35,224 nt of DNA, from IMG/VR virus record IMGVR_UViG_3300016666_000320, positions 1-35,224 of that record. One strand, 5' to 3'. The position numbers and the translations under genes were made by a program. The DNA is from a virus. Taxonomy: Duplodnaviria; Caudoviricetes. Below, in pieces: positions 33,315-35,224 of the stretch (its first letter is position 1; each line of letters starts with the position of its first letter). Under the pieces are notes generated by a model. It did no database searches. It saw nothing but the letters and a program-made list of their open reading frames with translations, and had not been told where the DNA came from.

Positions 33315-33564
33315 GGTCGTCGCCAGGCTTGAACAGCTTGCGAGCGAACGGCGCATAGATACCGTTCCAATCCACATCACCTTTGGATTTCAAGATGATG
33401 TTAACGCCGGCCGAGAACGAGGGGATTCGCTCTTGGCGGTACCAGGAGTAGACGGCCCTCGGACTTTCGCCCAGCAGTGCCGCCACGACATGAACCCCCT
33501 TGCCGCTGACCTTCCCAGGTCGCGGACTATTGCCAACGGTTTCGATCCATCGGTTAAATTCCAC
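33301..33564 (-). CDS. cro: Cro-like HTH regulator
   Basis: VAALLGESPRAVYSWYRQERIP HTH; divergent from cI. Confidence 0.7.
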   Translation of the reverse strand: MEFNRWIETVGNSPRPGKVSGKGVHVVAALLGESPRAVYSWYRQERIPSFSAGVNIILKSKGDVDWNGIYAPFARKLFKPGDDHAVA

Positions 33565-33578
33565 GCTAAGACACCCAT

Positions 33579-33595
33579 TTACACTATTCGTGTAA
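33579..33595. promoter_or_regulatory. Operator TTACAC-TATTC-GTGTAA
   Basis: Perfect palindrome just downstream of the cro -10 (TTGAAG-N18-TAGACT, 33595-33624). Confidence 0.75.
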
Positions 33596-33641
33596 GTCTA
33601 TTTCGAGAGCACCCTATTCTTCAAGCTTTTTTTCCCGTCAT

Positions 33642-33658
33642 GTACACTTAATGTGTAT
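33642..33658. promoter_or_regulatory. Operator GTACAC-TTAAT-GTGTAT
   Basis: Second palindrome in the cI-cro intergenic region. Confidence 0.72.
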
Positions 33659-33734
33659 ATTTCTACGGACTAGAGATAATATTCATATATTGCCAAGGCC
33701 GTGAAACCTCACGGCGACCATTGGGAAATTTTGC

Positions 33735-34400
33735 ATGTCCGAATTACAAGCGACCGTCGCCAAACGGATTAAGCAGTGTCGCACTAGTCACGGTTGGACG
33801 ATGGACGAAACCGCCAAGCGTCTTTCCGTGATTGCCGGCAAAGAGATGTCTACCTCCCGGTATTCCAACTGGGAGCTGGGCTTGCGCATGCCGGGGCCTG
33901 AACAAATTATTCACCTCGGCCAAATGTTCGGTAAGCCCGCTGCATGGATTCAGGGCTTTACCGACAACGACAGCCTAAACGCGGTGACGTCCAACTATGT
34001 CACGGCAAACCCCGCCAACATTGCAACCAAGAACGGCCTGCTCACACTGACGCAAGTTACAGATTCAACCGCCTACAGCTTGGAGTACCTAAGCAGTAGG
34101 GGATTAAACCGAAACAAACTACTGTCCATCCGGCAGATCGATAAGAGCATGCAAGGCATCATCAATGAAGGCGCCGAGGTGCTGCTCGACCTAGAACAGA
34201 AAACCGTGCGCGGCGCTGACCTGTTTGGCATTGTGGTGCAAGAACATATCTGGATTCGAACCATCCGCCCTGAAATGAACGGCAGCTATACCATTACCGC
34301 CGCCGATAACTCGCAGTATGCCGACCAGAACCTTTCGGCCGAGGAATTCAAAGGTGTCGATGTGGTTGGTCGGGTGGCGCGCATAGCCCACGACCGATAG
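33735..34400 (+). CDS. cI: CI-like repressor (XRE HTH plus S24-like domain)
   Basis: RYSNWELGLRMP HTH; C-terminal DKSM...VVGRV. Confidence 0.88.
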   Translation: MSELQATVAKRIKQCRTSHGWTMDETAKRLSVIAGKEMSTSRYSNWELGLRMPGPEQIIHLGQMFGKPAAWIQGFTDNDSLNAVTSNYVTANPANIATKNGLLTLTQVTDSTAYSLEYLSSRGLNRNKLLSIRQIDKSMQGIINEGAEVLLDLEQKTVRGADLFGIVVQEHIWIRTIRPEMNGSYTITAADNSQYADQNLSAEEFKGVDVVGRVARIAHDR

Positions 34401-34405
34401 TAATT

Positions 34406-34429
34406 TAGCCCTTAACCAAGGGCTTTTTT
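34406..34429 (+). terminator. cI terminator
   Basis: AGCCCTT...AAGGGCT stem plus T tract. Confidence 0.78.
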
Positions 34430-34440
34430 ATTGTTCGGAT

Positions 34441-34457
34441 TTACACTTTATGTGTAA
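34441..34457. promoter_or_regulatory. Operator TTACAC-TTTAT-GTGTAA at a pL-like promoter
   Basis: Perfect palindrome overlapping a candidate -10 TAACAT. Confidence 0.75.
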
Positions 34458-34491
34458 CATTGCACGCAAACCAGAACAGGAACGTCATTCC

Positions 34492-34746
34492 ATGCAGCAA
34501 GGCAGCGAAGTTACCAACCTCCACAGTCACCCACCCTCGGAGCAAGCGGGCCGTCTGAGTATTCAACGGCGCCAATGCGTAGCACTCAAAGAAGTATCGT
34601 CGCTCGCTCAGAGCATGCAGCTGATGGCCCTCTACTGCATCGACCAAGGCCATGTCACCGTTGACCACATGGAAGCTTTGGCCAACACCCTAGGCCTGCT
34701 ACGCCGTCACGTTGACGCGCTAGACATTGAGCTGGCCAGCCACTAA
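34492..34746 (+). CDS. Hypothetical helical protein
   Basis: ATG 34492 with AGGA RBS; first gene after the operator. Confidence 0.6.
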   Translation: MQQGSEVTNLHSHPPSEQAGRLSIQRRQCVALKEVSSLAQSMQLMALYCIDQGHVTVDHMEALANTLGLLRRHVDALDIELASH

Positions 34747-34778
34747 TCACCCCTCCCCTATCGCAAGGAAGCGTTTCA

Positions 34779-35195
34779 ATGAATGCCTGCGTCCAGATTC
34801 ACGGCGACGAAGTGATTGGTTATCCCGGCCAGAACCTGACGGACAGAGAACTGTTCGTCTTGGTGAAAACCGCCGAAGGCTTCCCAACGCCAGTGATTGC
34901 CCAGGAACTAAAAATGGATGACACAGGCATGCGCTTGGTGGAGCGCAATATCCTAAGCAAGCTGGGCGCCAAGAACAAAGCGCATATGATCACGCGCGGC
35001 TTTACCTTGGGCGTTCTCGTTCCTCAGGCGCTGTGCCTGATGCTATGCGTGATTGCTTCCCTTGAGGTCGATAGCGACTTTAATCGTCCGCGCTCCCAGC
35101 GCCGCAGCCGCACCCTAACCGAGCACTCTCGCACCGTGCGCACCTCCCCCGCTTCGGCCGGCGGCACACCCTCCCGGCAAAACCTTTACGTCTAG
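34779..35195 (+). CDS. LuxR-type HTH regulator
   Basis: LTDRELFVL..AEG..IAQEL..NILSKLGAKN motif. Confidence 0.85.
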   Translation: MNACVQIHGDEVIGYPGQNLTDRELFVLVKTAEGFPTPVIAQELKMDDTGMRLVERNILSKLGAKNKAHMITRGFTLGVLVPQALCLMLCVIASLEVDSDFNRPRSQRRSRTLTEHSRTVRTSPASAGGTPSRQNLYV

Positions 35196-35200
35196 CCAGA

Positions 35201-35224
35201 ATTCGTTAATTCGTTAATTCGTTA
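35201..35224 (-). repeat. 8-bp tandem array G (ATTCGTTA x3), inverted relative to array A
   Basis: Terminal 24 nt of the window. Confidence 0.85.

Larger units (their letters stand above)
1..35224. mobile_element. Temperate phage-plasmid, apparently complete (HK97-like head, Mu/SfV-like contractile tail, plasmid replicon and partition)
   Basis: Full virion, lysis and immunity gene sets plus parA, an RHH gene and a rep gene. No host genes. The + strand early operon at the right end continues co-directionally into parA at the left end. Confidence 0.9.

Noticed and set aside
1-35224. tRNA, rRNA, dif site, IS element or toxin-antitoxin pair
   Set aside because: None recognised by eye; tRNAscan-SE and profile searches would be needed to exclude them fully.

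Overview
This window looks like an essentially complete ~35 kb temperate phage-plasmid. The host is probably Pseudomonas-like, inferred from GC richness and protein families. It carries an HK97-type cos/HNH head module, a Mu/SfV-like contractile tail with an SGNH-esterase tailspike, and a holin-endolysin-Rz/Rz1 cassette behind a Q-type late promoter and terminator. It also has a cI/cro switch, a tyrosine recombinase, a type Ib partition pair (ParA plus an RHH protein) and a plasmid replicon. The replicon has IncFII/IncI-style control: a ~76-nt antisense RNA with a CGCCAA loop and a coupled 37-aa leader peptide. Three dispersed DNA motif families stand out. (1) Seven tandem arrays of the 8-mer TRACGAAW, which form the inverted contig ends, flank parA and embed the -35 of two strong accessory promoters. 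(2) Six exact copies of the 13-mer GTGACGGGTAACG, mostly at gene 3' ends and around two proteins with a shared basic N-terminal motif. (3) TACAC-N5-GTGTA operators at cI/cro, the late promoter and the rep promoter. A LexA box before a small gene upstream of rep, together with a probably non-cleavable CI, suggests induction by an antirepressor. All calls come from reading the sequence by eye; no searches were run.
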